A program made the position numbers and the translations under genes. From an uncultured Lachnospiraceae bacterium (lineage in GTDB: Bacteria > Bacillota > Clostridia > Lachnospirales > Lachnospiraceae), in assembly GCA_910585895.1 (NCBI GenBank), contig CAJUHY010000004.1:5010-69009 (forward strand): a stretch of DNA of 64,000 nt. Reading direction: 5' to 3'. Of the stretch, positions 10,283-19,171 are shown in pieces. The notes under the pieces were generated by a model. The model was not told the origin of the DNA. It did no database searches and was given only the letters and a program-made list of their open reading frames with translations. Numbering within the stretch: position 1 is the stretch's first letter; each line of letters opens with the position of its first letter.

Positions 10283-11274
10283 AAATGATAGGTTTGTTGG
10301 AGATAAGAGAAAGACTGCGGAATTTCTATGGGAGATACGAGGTATATGTCACAGCGGGCATCAAGTTCCTGCTGGGATTGCTGGTATTTTTCCTTATCAA
10401 TGGTCAGTTGGGTTACAGGGAACAACTGAACCATCCTGCAGTGGCGCTGATACTGGCATTGATTTGTTCGTTCATGCCTGTGAATATTATGGTGGCAGCA
10501 GCGTGTGCCTTGATTTTATTGCATTTGTCATCATTGTCGCTGGAGGTTTGTGCAATCGGGCTGTGTTTGATGTTGCTGCTATTTTTTATGTATGGTAAAT
10601 TTGCGCCCAAACATGGCTATGCGGCAATTCTGACCCCTGTTTTATGCTTCTTTAAAATACCCCAGGTGATGCCGGTATCCATAGGTCTGCTCAGTAAACC
10701 GTCGGCATATCTGTCAGTGGTCAGCGGGGCAATGGTATTTTATTATCTGGAAAGCGTGAAAGTGAACATCGCTAATTTTACCTCCATGGAAGAGGCAGAA
10801 GGAACAGCTAAGTTTACGGCGGCGTTGAAGGCGCTGACCGGAAATAGAGAAATGTTTATGGTGATTGCAGCATTTTTTGTCACTTCCCTAATCGTGTATG
10901 TGATACGAAGGCAGTCCATGAATTTTGCCTGGCGGATAGGGTTGATTGTAGGGAATCTGGTTCAGATGGTTTTTCTTCTGGTGGGATATGTCGTACTGGG
11001 GCTGCCTGAGAAGATTTCGTGGGTGCTGATTGGTACAGCTGTTTCCGCAGCAGTATGCTTTATTTTGGAATTCTTTTTCTATAATCTGGATTATTCCAGG
11101 ATTGAGCGGGTACAATTTGAAGATGATGAATATTATTATTTTGTGAAAGCCGTTCCCAAGGTTTATCTTGCCAGAAAGGATAAGCGGGTAAAGCGCATTA
11201 CCCCCAAAAAGACAACTATCAATAGGAGAGCGCTGGCGGAGGAACTGGATATTGATCGGGATATTATGCACTAA
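10279..11274 (+). CDS. Hypothetical polytopic membrane protein
   Basis: Multiple TM segments and C-terminal QFEDDEYYYFVKAVPK. Confidence 0.8.
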   Translation: MKMIGLLEIRERLRNFYGRYEVYVTAGIKFLLGLLVFFLINGQLGYREQLNHPAVALILALICSFMPVNIMVAAACALILLHLSSLSLEVCAIGLCLMLLLFFMYGKFAPKHGYAAILTPVLCFFKIPQVMPVSIGLLSKPSAYLSVVSGAMVFYYLESVKVNIANFTSMEEAEGTAKFTAALKALTGNREMFMVIAAFFVTSLIVYVIRRQSMNFAWRIGLIVGNLVQMVFLLVGYVVLGLPEKISWVLIGTAVSAAVCFILEFFFYNLDYSRIERVQFEDDEYYYFVKAVPKVYLARKDKRVKRITPKKTTINRRALAEELDIDRDIMH

Positions 11275-11307
11275 TAGAATACTAAAATTATAGAAAGGAA
11301 TGAAATT

Positions 11308-12213
11308 ATGATACAGGAATTGTTCGCATTCATAAATTCTTTTGCGTCCAAATATCTGTTCTGGATAGAAATGCCTCAGATTACTAAAATCGATATTGCG
11401 GAAATTATTATCCTTTCATTTCTGCTCTATAATATTTTAGTATGGATTAAAAAGACCAGGGCATGGAACTTATTAAAAGGAATTATCGTTGTGGCTCTTT
11501 TTATTCTGGTTGTGGCAATGTTCCAGATGAATACAATATTATGGATTGTCGGCAAGACAATCAATGTGGCTGTCATTGCGATTGCGGTTGTATTTCAGCC
11601 GGAATTGCGGCGCGCACTGGAACAGCTGGGGCAGAGGAATTTCATCACATCCCTGTTTTCTTTTGATTCGCAGAAGAATCAGGAGAGATTCAGCGAGCGG
11701 GTTGTGGGGGAGTTGGTAAAAGCAACTTATGAGATGGCCAAGGTTAAGACCGGGGCATTGATTGTGATAGAACAGGATGTCGTGCTGAGTGAGTACGAGA
11801 GAACTGGTATTGCGCTGGATTCTCTGGTATCCAATCAGCTTTTGATTAATATTTTTGAGCATAATACGCCATTGCATGATGGTGCTATTATTGTACGTGG
11901 GGATAGGGTAGTGTCTGCGACCTGCTATTTGCCGCTCTCAGACAATATGGAGCTGAGCAAAGAACTGGGGACCCGCCATCGTGCAGCCGTGGGAATCAGT
12001 GAAGTATGTGATGCGCTGACAATTGTAGTGTCTGAGGAAACTGGCAATGTGTCGATTGCCATTGGCGGCGAGTTATACCGTAATGTCGATGCAGAGTACC
12101 TGAAAGGCAAGTTGAATTTTATCCGCAAAGGCTCTATGGACGTAAGCAGATTCAAAATATGGAAAAGGAGGATGAAACATGTTTCGAAGAATGATGAAAC
12201 ACCTGACAAATAA
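11308..12213 (+). CDS. cdaA: Diadenylate cyclase CdaA/DacA
   Basis: Three N-terminal TMs, FQPELRRALE, PLHDGA and GTRHRAA catalytic motifs. Confidence 0.96.
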   Translation: MIQELFAFINSFASKYLFWIEMPQITKIDIAEIIILSFLLYNILVWIKKTRAWNLLKGIIVVALFILVVAMFQMNTILWIVGKTINVAVIAIAVVFQPELRRALEQLGQRNFITSLFSFDSQKNQERFSERVVGELVKATYEMAKVKTGALIVIEQDVVLSEYERTGIALDSLVSNQLLINIFEHNTPLHDGAIIVRGDRVVSATCYLPLSDNMELSKELGTRHRAAVGISEVCDALTIVVSEETGNVSIAIGGELYRNVDAEYLKGKLNFIRKGSMDVSRFKIWKRRMKHVSKNDETPDK

Positions 12214-13567
12214 TCCGGGGCTGAAACTGTTATCCCTTCTTTTCTCGGTGGTGCTTTGGCTGGTAGTAGTCAATATCGCGGACCCGGATGGCACGAAATC
12301 ATTTTCTATTCCAGTGGAGATTATCAACAAAGATATTATCACAGAAATGGGAAAGGTGCCGAGTATCGTGGGAGATACCGATATTGCAGTATTTTATATC
12401 GCTGGTCCCAGAAGTTATGTTGATGATATGACATCGGATGATTTCAGCGTGACAGCGGATTTAAGTCAGGTGGATTTAAGTCAGGAGGGGAGTACCAAAC
12501 TGGTCCCCATTGAAATAACAGCGAAGAAGAATGACAGACGCATTGAGATAGTGCGCAGAACGGTAAATATGCAGATTACGTTAGAGGACCGTCTGGAACA
12601 GAAATTTGTGATTTCCGCGGAATCCACGGGGACTCCGGCAGAAGGGTATGCAATTGGCGGTGTGGAAGTGACGCCAAACCTGCTTAAGTTATCAGGTCCG
12701 GCATCCGTTGTATCCCAGATTAAGCGGGTGGAAGCCACTATCAATGTGGACGGTGTTTCCGGTGATGTGTCGGACAGCGTGATTCCGGTATTATATGATG
12801 AGGATGGTTCTGTCATTTCAACGGATATGTTGGAAATGAATCAGTCTGCCGTGACAATCAGGGCAGAAATCTGGGCAACAAAGAGTGTGCCTGTCCAGTG
12901 CCAGGTAAGTGGGGAGCCAGCCGCAGGATATCAGTTCCGCTCCGTGGAATGTGCGCCGGAAACTGTGATGGTCAAAGGAAGAGCAGCAGTTCTCAATAAA
13001 ATCAGCGTCATAAATATTCCGGGAGATGTCATTGATATTACAGGTGCAAGGGAGGATATGGAAGATACGGTTGACATTACGCCTTATTTGGAATCTCTGG
13101 GAATCTCGCTGGTAGAGCAGAGCGCAAGCCAGGTGGCTGTGACAGCCATTATTGAACAGAAAGAGACAAAGGCGTTTGATTTTCCGACATCTGACATTAA
13201 GATTAGCGGACTGCCCAGTGAATATGAGTTGAATTTCAGTGCCGATACGTTAACGGTAAATGTGCGGGCGCTGAGAGAAGATATGGAAACATTTACACAG
13301 GATAACATTGAGGCGCTGCTGGATGTTACAGATTTGACGCCAGGGACTTACACGAGGCAGCTGACCATTAATCTGCCGGGAGATAAGTACGAGGTATTGG
13401 GTATCGTAAATGTACAGTTTGTCATTGTGGATAAGACGTTACATGTACAGGAGGAAGATGTGCAGCCAACAAATCCAAATGATGAGCAGGATGGGAATGC
13501 AGATGACGAGGAAGATAATCGGTCGGAGGATGATGAACAGCCGGATGATACTGGCAGGACAGAGTAA
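12179..13567 (+). CDS. cdaR: CdaR/YbbR-family regulator
   Basis: KLLSLLFSVVLWLVV anchor, YbbR-like beta repeats, acidic tail; lies between cdaA and glmM. Confidence 0.9.
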   Translation: MFRRMMKHLTNNPGLKLLSLLFSVVLWLVVVNIADPDGTKSFSIPVEIINKDIITEMGKVPSIVGDTDIAVFYIAGPRSYVDDMTSDDFSVTADLSQVDLSQEGSTKLVPIEITAKKNDRRIEIVRRTVNMQITLEDRLEQKFVISAESTGTPAEGYAIGGVEVTPNLLKLSGPASVVSQIKRVEATINVDGVSGDVSDSVIPVLYDEDGSVISTDMLEMNQSAVTIRAEIWATKSVPVQCQVSGEPAAGYQFRSVECAPETVMVKGRAAVLNKISVINIPGDVIDITGAREDMEDTVDITPYLESLGISLVEQSASQVAVTAIIEQKETKAFDFPTSDIKISGLPSEYELNFSADTLTVNVRALREDMETFTQDNIEALLDVTDLTPGTYTRQLTINLPGDKYEVLGIVNVQFVIVDKTLHVQEEDVQPTNPNDEQDGNADDEEDNRSEDDEQPDDTGRTE

Positions 13568-13612
13568 GGATATAGAATTAAAATAAAAGAAAGTATAATA
13601 GAGGTAGATGTT

Positions 13613-14962
13613 ATGGCGAGAATGTTTGGAACAGACGGAGTAAGAGGAGTAGCAGGAACAGAACTTTCCATTGAACTTGCAATGAGGCTGGGGCAGGCAG
13701 GAGCTTATGTGCTGACGAAGGAGAAAGCGCATCAGCCTACGATTATTGTTGGATGTGATACAAGAATTTCCGGTGGGATGCTTGCAAACGCGCTGATGGC
13801 TGGTATTTGCTCAGTAGGGGCGAATGCAGTGTATATGGGTGTTATGCCCACGCCCGCTATTGCGTACCTTACCAGGAAGCATAAAGTGGATGCAGGAGTA
13901 GTTATCTCAGCGTCCCATAATCCCATGGAATTTAATGGAATTAAGTTTTTCAATGGGGAAGGTTATAAACTTTCCGATGAACTGGAAGATGAGATAGAGC
14001 GGTTAATTGAGAGTGGAATGAAAGACGTTCCATTGCCGCTGGGTTCTGGGATTGGCAGAATCAGCTACCGTTTTGACGCCAGAGAAGAATATGTGTTTTT
14101 TATGAAAAAAACAGTTCCTGTGGATTTAAGCGGTATGAAGCTGGTTATTGACTGTGCGGAAGGGGCTTCCCATTACACAGCGGTGGAGACCTTGAAGGGC
14201 CTGGGGGCCAATCTGGTGGCAATCCACACCAATCCAGACGGCACGAATATCAATGCGAATTGTGGCTCTACCCATATGGATGAACTGCGCGCGCGTGTAG
14301 TTTATGAGAAAGCAGATGTAGGAATTGCTTTTGATGGGGATGCGGACCGTATGCTTGCGGTGGACGAGAAGGGCAATATTGTAGACGGTGACCAGGTGAT
14401 GGCGATTATCGGCAATGAGATGAAGAAGAACGGTACGCTGAAGAAGGATACCATCGTGGGAACAGTTATGAGCAACCTTGGATTTACGCTGATGGGCAAG
14501 GCGTGCGGTATCCACATAGAGCAGACAAAAGTGGGAGACCGCTATGTGTTGGAGAATATGAGAGAGAATGGCTATAATATCGGCGGGGAACAGTCTGGCC
14601 ATATCATTTTCCTCGATGAAAATACCACGGGAGACGGGTTGTTGAGCGCGCTTCATCTGTTGGAAGTGATTGTTAAGACCGGGAAGTCTCTCTCTGAGCT
14701 GGCAAGTATTATGGAGGTGCTGCCGCAGGCATTGGTCAATGCGAAAGTGCCCAATCATAAAAAAGAAAAATTCATGGATTACCCGGAGATTGCTCAGGCG
14801 ATTGAAGCGTTGGAGAAGAAGTTTGCCGGCGAGGGCAGGGTATTGATTCGTCCTTCTGGCACCGAGCCGTTGGTGCGGGTAATGATTGAGGGCAAGGACC
14901 AGGAAGAGATTTCAAAAGATGCTGAAGAGCTGGCAGAATTAATTATGAGAAATATGCTATAG
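13613..14962 (+). CDS. glmM: Phosphoglucosamine mutase
   Basis: [36 protein letters not shown]. Confidence 0.98.
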   Translation: MARMFGTDGVRGVAGTELSIELAMRLGQAGAYVLTKEKAHQPTIIVGCDTRISGGMLANALMAGICSVGANAVYMGVMPTPAIAYLTRKHKVDAGVVISASHNPMEFNGIKFFNGEGYKLSDELEDEIERLIESGMKDVPLPLGSGIGRISYRFDAREEYVFFMKKTVPVDLSGMKLVIDCAEGASHYTAVETLKGLGANLVAIHTNPDGTNINANCGSTHMDELRARVVYEKADVGIAFDGDADRMLAVDEKGNIVDGDQVMAIIGNEMKKNGTLKKDTIVGTVMSNLGFTLMGKACGIHIEQTKVGDRYVLENMRENGYNIGGEQSGHIIFLDENTTGDGLLSALHLLEVIVKTGKSLSELASIMEVLPQALVNAKVPNHKKEKFMDYPEIAQAIEALEKKFAGEGRVLIRPSGTEPLVRVMIEGKDQEEISKDAEELAELIMRNML

Positions 14963-15044
14963 GGCACGAGGAGGGACCCAGCGGAGCTGGGAGGAGCCCT
15001 GGTGCCTCTGTACGTTTCCAAAGAAGTATAATAGCACGAGGAGG
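14963..15044. repeat. 70-bp double-hairpin intergenic element, locus A, plus repeated left arm
   Basis: GGCACGAGG-aggga-CCCAGC-gga-GCTGGG-aggagc-CCTGGTGCC-N11-CCAAAGAAGT-ataat. GCACGAGGAGG occurs at 14964 and 15034 (period 70). Confidence 0.85.
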
Positions 15045-15050
15045 AAAAAC

Positions 15051-15314
15051 ATGGTTAGTCAGAAAGTGATGATAAAAAATCCTACCGGGCTGCACTTACG
15101 CCCGGCAGGGATTTTATGTAAAGAAGCAGTAAAATACCAGGCTTTGATTACATTTAATTTTAAGGGTGGAACGGCGAATGCCAAGAGTGTGCTCAGCGTA
15201 TTGGGGGCATGTATCAAATCTGGTGACACCATTGAATTTGTGTGTGATGGAGATGATGAAGAGCAGGCGCTGCAGGCAGTGGTAGCAGCAGTGGAAAGCG
15301 GTTTGGGAGAATAG
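15051..15314 (+). CDS. HPr family phosphocarrier protein
   Basis: PTGLHLRPA (His15) and NAKSVLSVL (Ser46) motifs; 87 aa. Confidence 0.92.
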   Translation: MVSQKVMIKNPTGLHLRPAGILCKEAVKYQALITFNFKGGTANAKSVLSVLGACIKSGDTIEFVCDGDDEEQALQAVVAAVESGLGE

Positions 15315-15323
15315 CGAAAGACT

Positions 15324-16217
15324 ATGGAAGAAAAAAGAGTGCAGATTCTCATGTCCACCTATAATGGGGAGAGATTTCTCAGAGAACAGATAGAGAGTTT
15401 GCTGCATCAGAGCTGGAAAAATCTGGAAATATTAATTCGCGATGACGGTTCAAATGACAGAACCCCTGATATTTTGCAGGAATATGGTGCAAAATATAAG
15501 CAAGTCAAAATCTTTTTGGAAGATAATCTGGGGGTCAGCCAAAGCTTCTTTACGCTTTTGGCAAAAAGCGATGCTGACTATGTGGCGTTTTGTGACCAGG
15601 ATGATATCTGGCTGGAAGAAAAGATTGAGACAGCCGTCCGCAAGCTGGAGCGGGAACAAGGGCCTGCACTGTACTGCAGTAATAAGATTTTGGTGGACAG
15701 TAAGGGAAATCTTATGGCGAAGCAGGACAGAAGAAAACGTATCCCTGGATTTGGCAATGCAGTGGTGGAATGTATCTGTACTGGCTGTACAACCGTGATG
15801 AACCGCAAAATGGCAGAAATCATTAAGGACAAGCTGCCGGACCACGCTATCCTGCATGATTGGTGGTGCTATCTGGCTGCTGCTTATGTGGGCAAAGTGA
15901 TTTTTGATGAACAGGCATATATTAAGTATCGGCAGCATGAGAAGAATGTGGTGGGCGCCAGGGCAGGTTTTTGGGCTGAAGTTCGTGCCAAGGCAGCTTA
16001 TCTCAGGAAAAGCCGGGGCAAATTGGAGGCACAGCTTACGGATTTTGCAAGATTTTATCAGGGAAATGGCAGGAAGGATGTTTTGGTGCAGGAAATATTG
16101 GGAGCAAAGCGTTTATCAGGCAGGATAAAGCTTTTGTGGAATCGTAAGATATACCGTCAAAGCCGGCTGGATGGAATTATCATGCGGATATTGTTTTTAT
16201 CAGGCAGGATGCTTTAA
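15324..16217 (+). CDS. GT2 glycosyltransferase, RgpB-like putative rhamnosyltransferase
   Basis: ILMSTYNGE, RDDGS, DQDDIW, LHDWW, YRQH. Confidence 0.88.
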   Translation: MEEKRVQILMSTYNGERFLREQIESLLHQSWKNLEILIRDDGSNDRTPDILQEYGAKYKQVKIFLEDNLGVSQSFFTLLAKSDADYVAFCDQDDIWLEEKIETAVRKLEREQGPALYCSNKILVDSKGNLMAKQDRRKRIPGFGNAVVECICTGCTTVMNRKMAEIIKDKLPDHAILHDWWCYLAAAYVGKVIFDEQAYIKYRQHEKNVVGARAGFWAEVRAKAAYLRKSRGKLEAQLTDFARFYQGNGRKDVLVQEILGAKRLSGRIKLLWNRKIYRQSRLDGIIMRILFLSGRML

Positions 16218-16268
16218 TGGAAACTGCTATCCCATGGAATTAATTATCATATATCAGGAGGAGATAAC

Positions 16269-17132
16269 ATGAAAAAAATTTTGGTTACAGGCTGTAATGG
16301 GCAGCTTGGACGAGCCATCAATCAGGAATATGCAAATGAGGCAGAATTTATCAATACAGATGTGCAGGCCGGTGAGGGCGTGACTGCGCTCGATATTACC
16401 AAGGTGGACGATGTGCTGGCGCTGGTGCGGGAGACGAAACCGGATGTTATTATTAACTGTGCTGCACATACGGCGGTTGATTTGTGCGAGCAGCAGTGGG
16501 ACAGCGCATACAGGATTAATGCTATCGGAGCCAGAAATCTGAGTATTGCCGCCACCGAGACAGATGCCAAGCTGGTACATGTGTCTACGGATTATGTGTT
16601 TGAAGGCAATGGAAGCAGACCATATACAGAGTTCGATTCACCCAATCCAGTCAGTGCATATGGCAAGACCAAACTGGAGGGTGAAAATTTTGTAAAAGCT
16701 TTTGCCAAGAAATACTTTATTCTGCGCACTGCATGGCTTTATGGGGATGGTAAGAATTTTGTAAAGACAATGCTGCGGCTTGCAGAGAATCATGACAAGG
16801 TTACAGTGGTAAATGACCAGGTGGGATGTCCTACCAGTGCCGGAGAATTGGCAAGGATGATTCATTTCTTAGAGCCCACAGAGAATTATGGTCTGTTTCA
16901 TGCTGTCTGTGAAGGAAGCTGCAGTTGGGCAGATTTGGCTGAGGAGACTTTTAAGCTGACAGGTAAGGATACGGTGGTGGAGCGTGTCACCACAGAAGAA
17001 TACCGGCGTATGAATCCTAATCAGGCTCCACGTCCGGCATATTCCATTCTGGATGATTATATGATTAAGCTTACCAGTGATTTTCGGATGGCAGATTGGA
17101 AAACGGCCTTAAAAGCATATTTTGGCGTATAG
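16269..17132 (+). CDS. rfbD: dTDP-4-dehydrorhamnose reductase
   Basis: LVTGCNGQLG, STDYVFEG, YGKTK, RPAYSIL. Confidence 0.96.
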   Translation: MKKILVTGCNGQLGRAINQEYANEAEFINTDVQAGEGVTALDITKVDDVLALVRETKPDVIINCAAHTAVDLCEQQWDSAYRINAIGARNLSIAATETDAKLVHVSTDYVFEGNGSRPYTEFDSPNPVSAYGKTKLEGENFVKAFAKKYFILRTAWLYGDGKNFVKTMLRLAENHDKVTVVNDQVGCPTSAGELARMIHFLEPTENYGLFHAVCEGSCSWADLAEETFKLTGKDTVVERVTTEEYRRMNPNQAPRPAYSILDDYMIKLTSDFRMADWKTALKAYFGV

Positions 17133-17190
17133 CCAGATGAGTATGCAGGAGAGAAAGATACTGATATTTTAGAAGAGAAGGAGAAAAATT

Positions 17191-18273
17191 ATGAGAACTT
17201 ATCTGGTAACCGGAGGAGCTGGTTTTATCGGTTCCAATTACATTCATTATATGTTCCGCAAATACGGTAATGAAATACGTATCATTAATGTGGACAAGCT
17301 GACTTATGCAGGAAATCTTGAGAACTTAAAGGGTGTAGAGGACAGGGAGAACTACACGTTTGTCAAAGCGGATATCTGCGACAAGGAAGCTATCAGCAAG
17401 ATTTTCGAGGAAAATGATATTGACCGCGTGGTACATTTTGCAGCGGAGAGCCATGTAGACCGCAGTATCAAGAATCCTGAGGTGTTTGTGCAGACCAATG
17501 TGCTTGGCACGGCGGTGATGCTCAACTGTGCGAAAGCAGCCTGGGAGCAGGAGGATGGAACTTTTAAAGAGGGCAAAAAATTCCTGCATGTGTCTACGGA
17601 TGAGGTGTATGGTTCCCTTACGGAGGATGGAGGATTTTTCTATGAGACGACGCCATATGACCCGCACAGTCCTTACTCTGCGAGCAAGGCGAGTTCTGAT
17701 TTCCTGGTGAAGTCTTACATTGATACTTACCATTTTCCGGCAAATATTACGAATTGTTCCAACAATTACGGACCTTATCAGTTCCCGGAGAAACTGATTC
17801 CTTTGATTATCAACAATGCATTGCAGGGCAAGAAGCTTCCAGTATACGGCGACGGCAAAAATGTCCGCGACTGGCTGTATGTGGACGACCATGCCAAGGG
17901 TATTGACATGGTGCAGGAGCAGGGGAAATTAGGCGAGACTTACAATATCGGCGGGCACAATGAGAAACAGAATATTGAGATTATCCACATTATTTTAGAG
18001 ACCTTGCTGGAGATGCTGCCGGAGGGCGACCCCAGGAGGGAATTGGTGAGCGAGGATTTGATTACCTTTGTGGAGGACCGCAAGGGCCATGACAGAAGGT
18101 ATGCGATTGCACCGGACAAGATTAAGGCTGAGATTGGCTGGGAGCCGGAGACTATGTTTAAAGAGGGAATCAAGAAGACAATTGCCTGGTTCTTTGAGCA
18201 TGAGGAATGGATGAAGAATGTAACAAGCGGAGATTATCAGAAATATTATGAGGACATGTATCAGAACAGATAG
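17191..18273 (+). CDS. rfbB: dTDP-glucose 4,6-dehydratase
   Basis: TGGAGFIG, AAESHVDRS, STDEVYG, YSASK, DRKGHDRRY. Confidence 0.97.
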   Translation: MRTYLVTGGAGFIGSNYIHYMFRKYGNEIRIINVDKLTYAGNLENLKGVEDRENYTFVKADICDKEAISKIFEENDIDRVVHFAAESHVDRSIKNPEVFVQTNVLGTAVMLNCAKAAWEQEDGTFKEGKKFLHVSTDEVYGSLTEDGGFFYETTPYDPHSPYSASKASSDFLVKSYIDTYHFPANITNCSNNYGPYQFPEKLIPLIINNALQGKKLPVYGDGKNVRDWLYVDDHAKGIDMVQEQGKLGETYNIGGHNEKQNIEIIHIILETLLEMLPEGDPRRELVSEDLITFVEDRKGHDRRYAIAPDKIKAEIGWEPETMFKEGIKKTIAWFFEHEEWMKNVTSGDYQKYYEDMYQNR

Positions 18274-18327
18274 GTAAATCACAAATATAGAGGGATGTAT
18301 CAGAACAGATAGGTAAATCACAAATAT
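18256..18327 (+). repeat. Tandem duplication of the rfbB 3' end (33 bp identical, period 39)
   Basis: ATGTATCAGAACAGATAGGTAAATCACAAATAT at 18256-18288 and 18295-18327. Confidence 0.92.
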
Positions 18328-18361
18328 TACGGAAGTTGGCAGGATTAACAGGAAGAAAATT

Positions 18362-19171
18362 ATGGAATACAGACCACAGGACCATACATTTGCAATTTGC
18401 GCTTACAAGGAAAGCCCATATTTGCGGGAATGTATCGAATCATTAAAAAAACAGTCCGTTGCTACCAATATTATTATGACCACCGGCACGGACAATAAAC
18501 ACATCAGGAATCTGGCCGAGGAGTACCAGATTCCTTTGTATGTGAATTCCGGTCCCGGCGGTATTGCCGGGGATTGGAATTTTGCTTACCATTGTGCCAA
18601 GACGCAGTTGGTGACACTGGCGCATCAGGATGACAGATACCAGCCGGGGTATGCGGCAGATATGCTGCGGAGAATCAATGCTTCTAAACATCCGCTGATT
18701 TATTTTGCCGATTACTATGAGCTGCGGGGCGGCGAGGTAGTGGAGAAAAGTTCCATGTTAAAAGTCAAGCGGCTTTTGCTTGTTCCCCTTAAGGTCAAAA
18801 AGTTTCAGGGTATTTCATTTTTTAAGCGATGTGTGCTGGCTTTGGGGAATCCCGTGGCATGCTGGTCTGTGGCATATGTGAAGAAAAATCTTCCTGAAAC
18901 CGTGTTTGTTTCGCAGTTTCGCAGCAATCTTGACTGGGAGGAATGGGAGAAACTCTCCCGCGAAAAAGGCGAGTTCGTGTATTCGACTAATATAGGGACC
19001 TGCCACCGGGTTCATGAAGATTCTGAGACTTCCAATACTATCCGTGAGGGAAATATCCGCGCCCAGGAGGATTACGCGATGTTTTTAAAATTTTGGCCAT
19101 CATGGGTTGCTAAGCTAATTATGCGTTTTTACATCAAAGGAGAAAAGTTAAATGAAGTGGATCACAGGTAA
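18362..19171 (+). CDS. GT2 (GT-A) glycosyltransferase
   Basis: HTFAICAYKESPYL, LAHQDD, LDWEEW, HRVH. Confidence 0.85.
   Translation: MEYRPQDHTFAICAYKESPYLRECIESLKKQSVATNIIMTTGTDNKHIRNLAEEYQIPLYVNSGPGGIAGDWNFAYHCAKTQLVTLAHQDDRYQPGYAADMLRRINASKHPLIYFADYYELRGGEVVEKSSMLKVKRLLLVPLKVKKFQGISFFKRCVLALGNPVACWSVAYVKKNLPETVFVSQFRSNLDWEEWEKLSREKGEFVYSTNIGTCHRVHEDSETSNTIREGNIRAQEDYAMFLKFWPSWVAKLIMRFYIKGEKLNEVDHR

Noticed and set aside
14963..15010. Element hairpins as intrinsic terminators
   Set aside because: Most copies lack a U-tract (only 32980 has TTTT), and copies sit inside apparent operons such as wzm-wzt.
14963..15044. HDV-like or glmS ribozyme next to glmM
   Set aside because: I could not fit a nested double pseudoknot or the glmS core on either strand. 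The sequence folds as a simple two-stem hairpin and recurs at unrelated genes. An Rfam scan would settle it.
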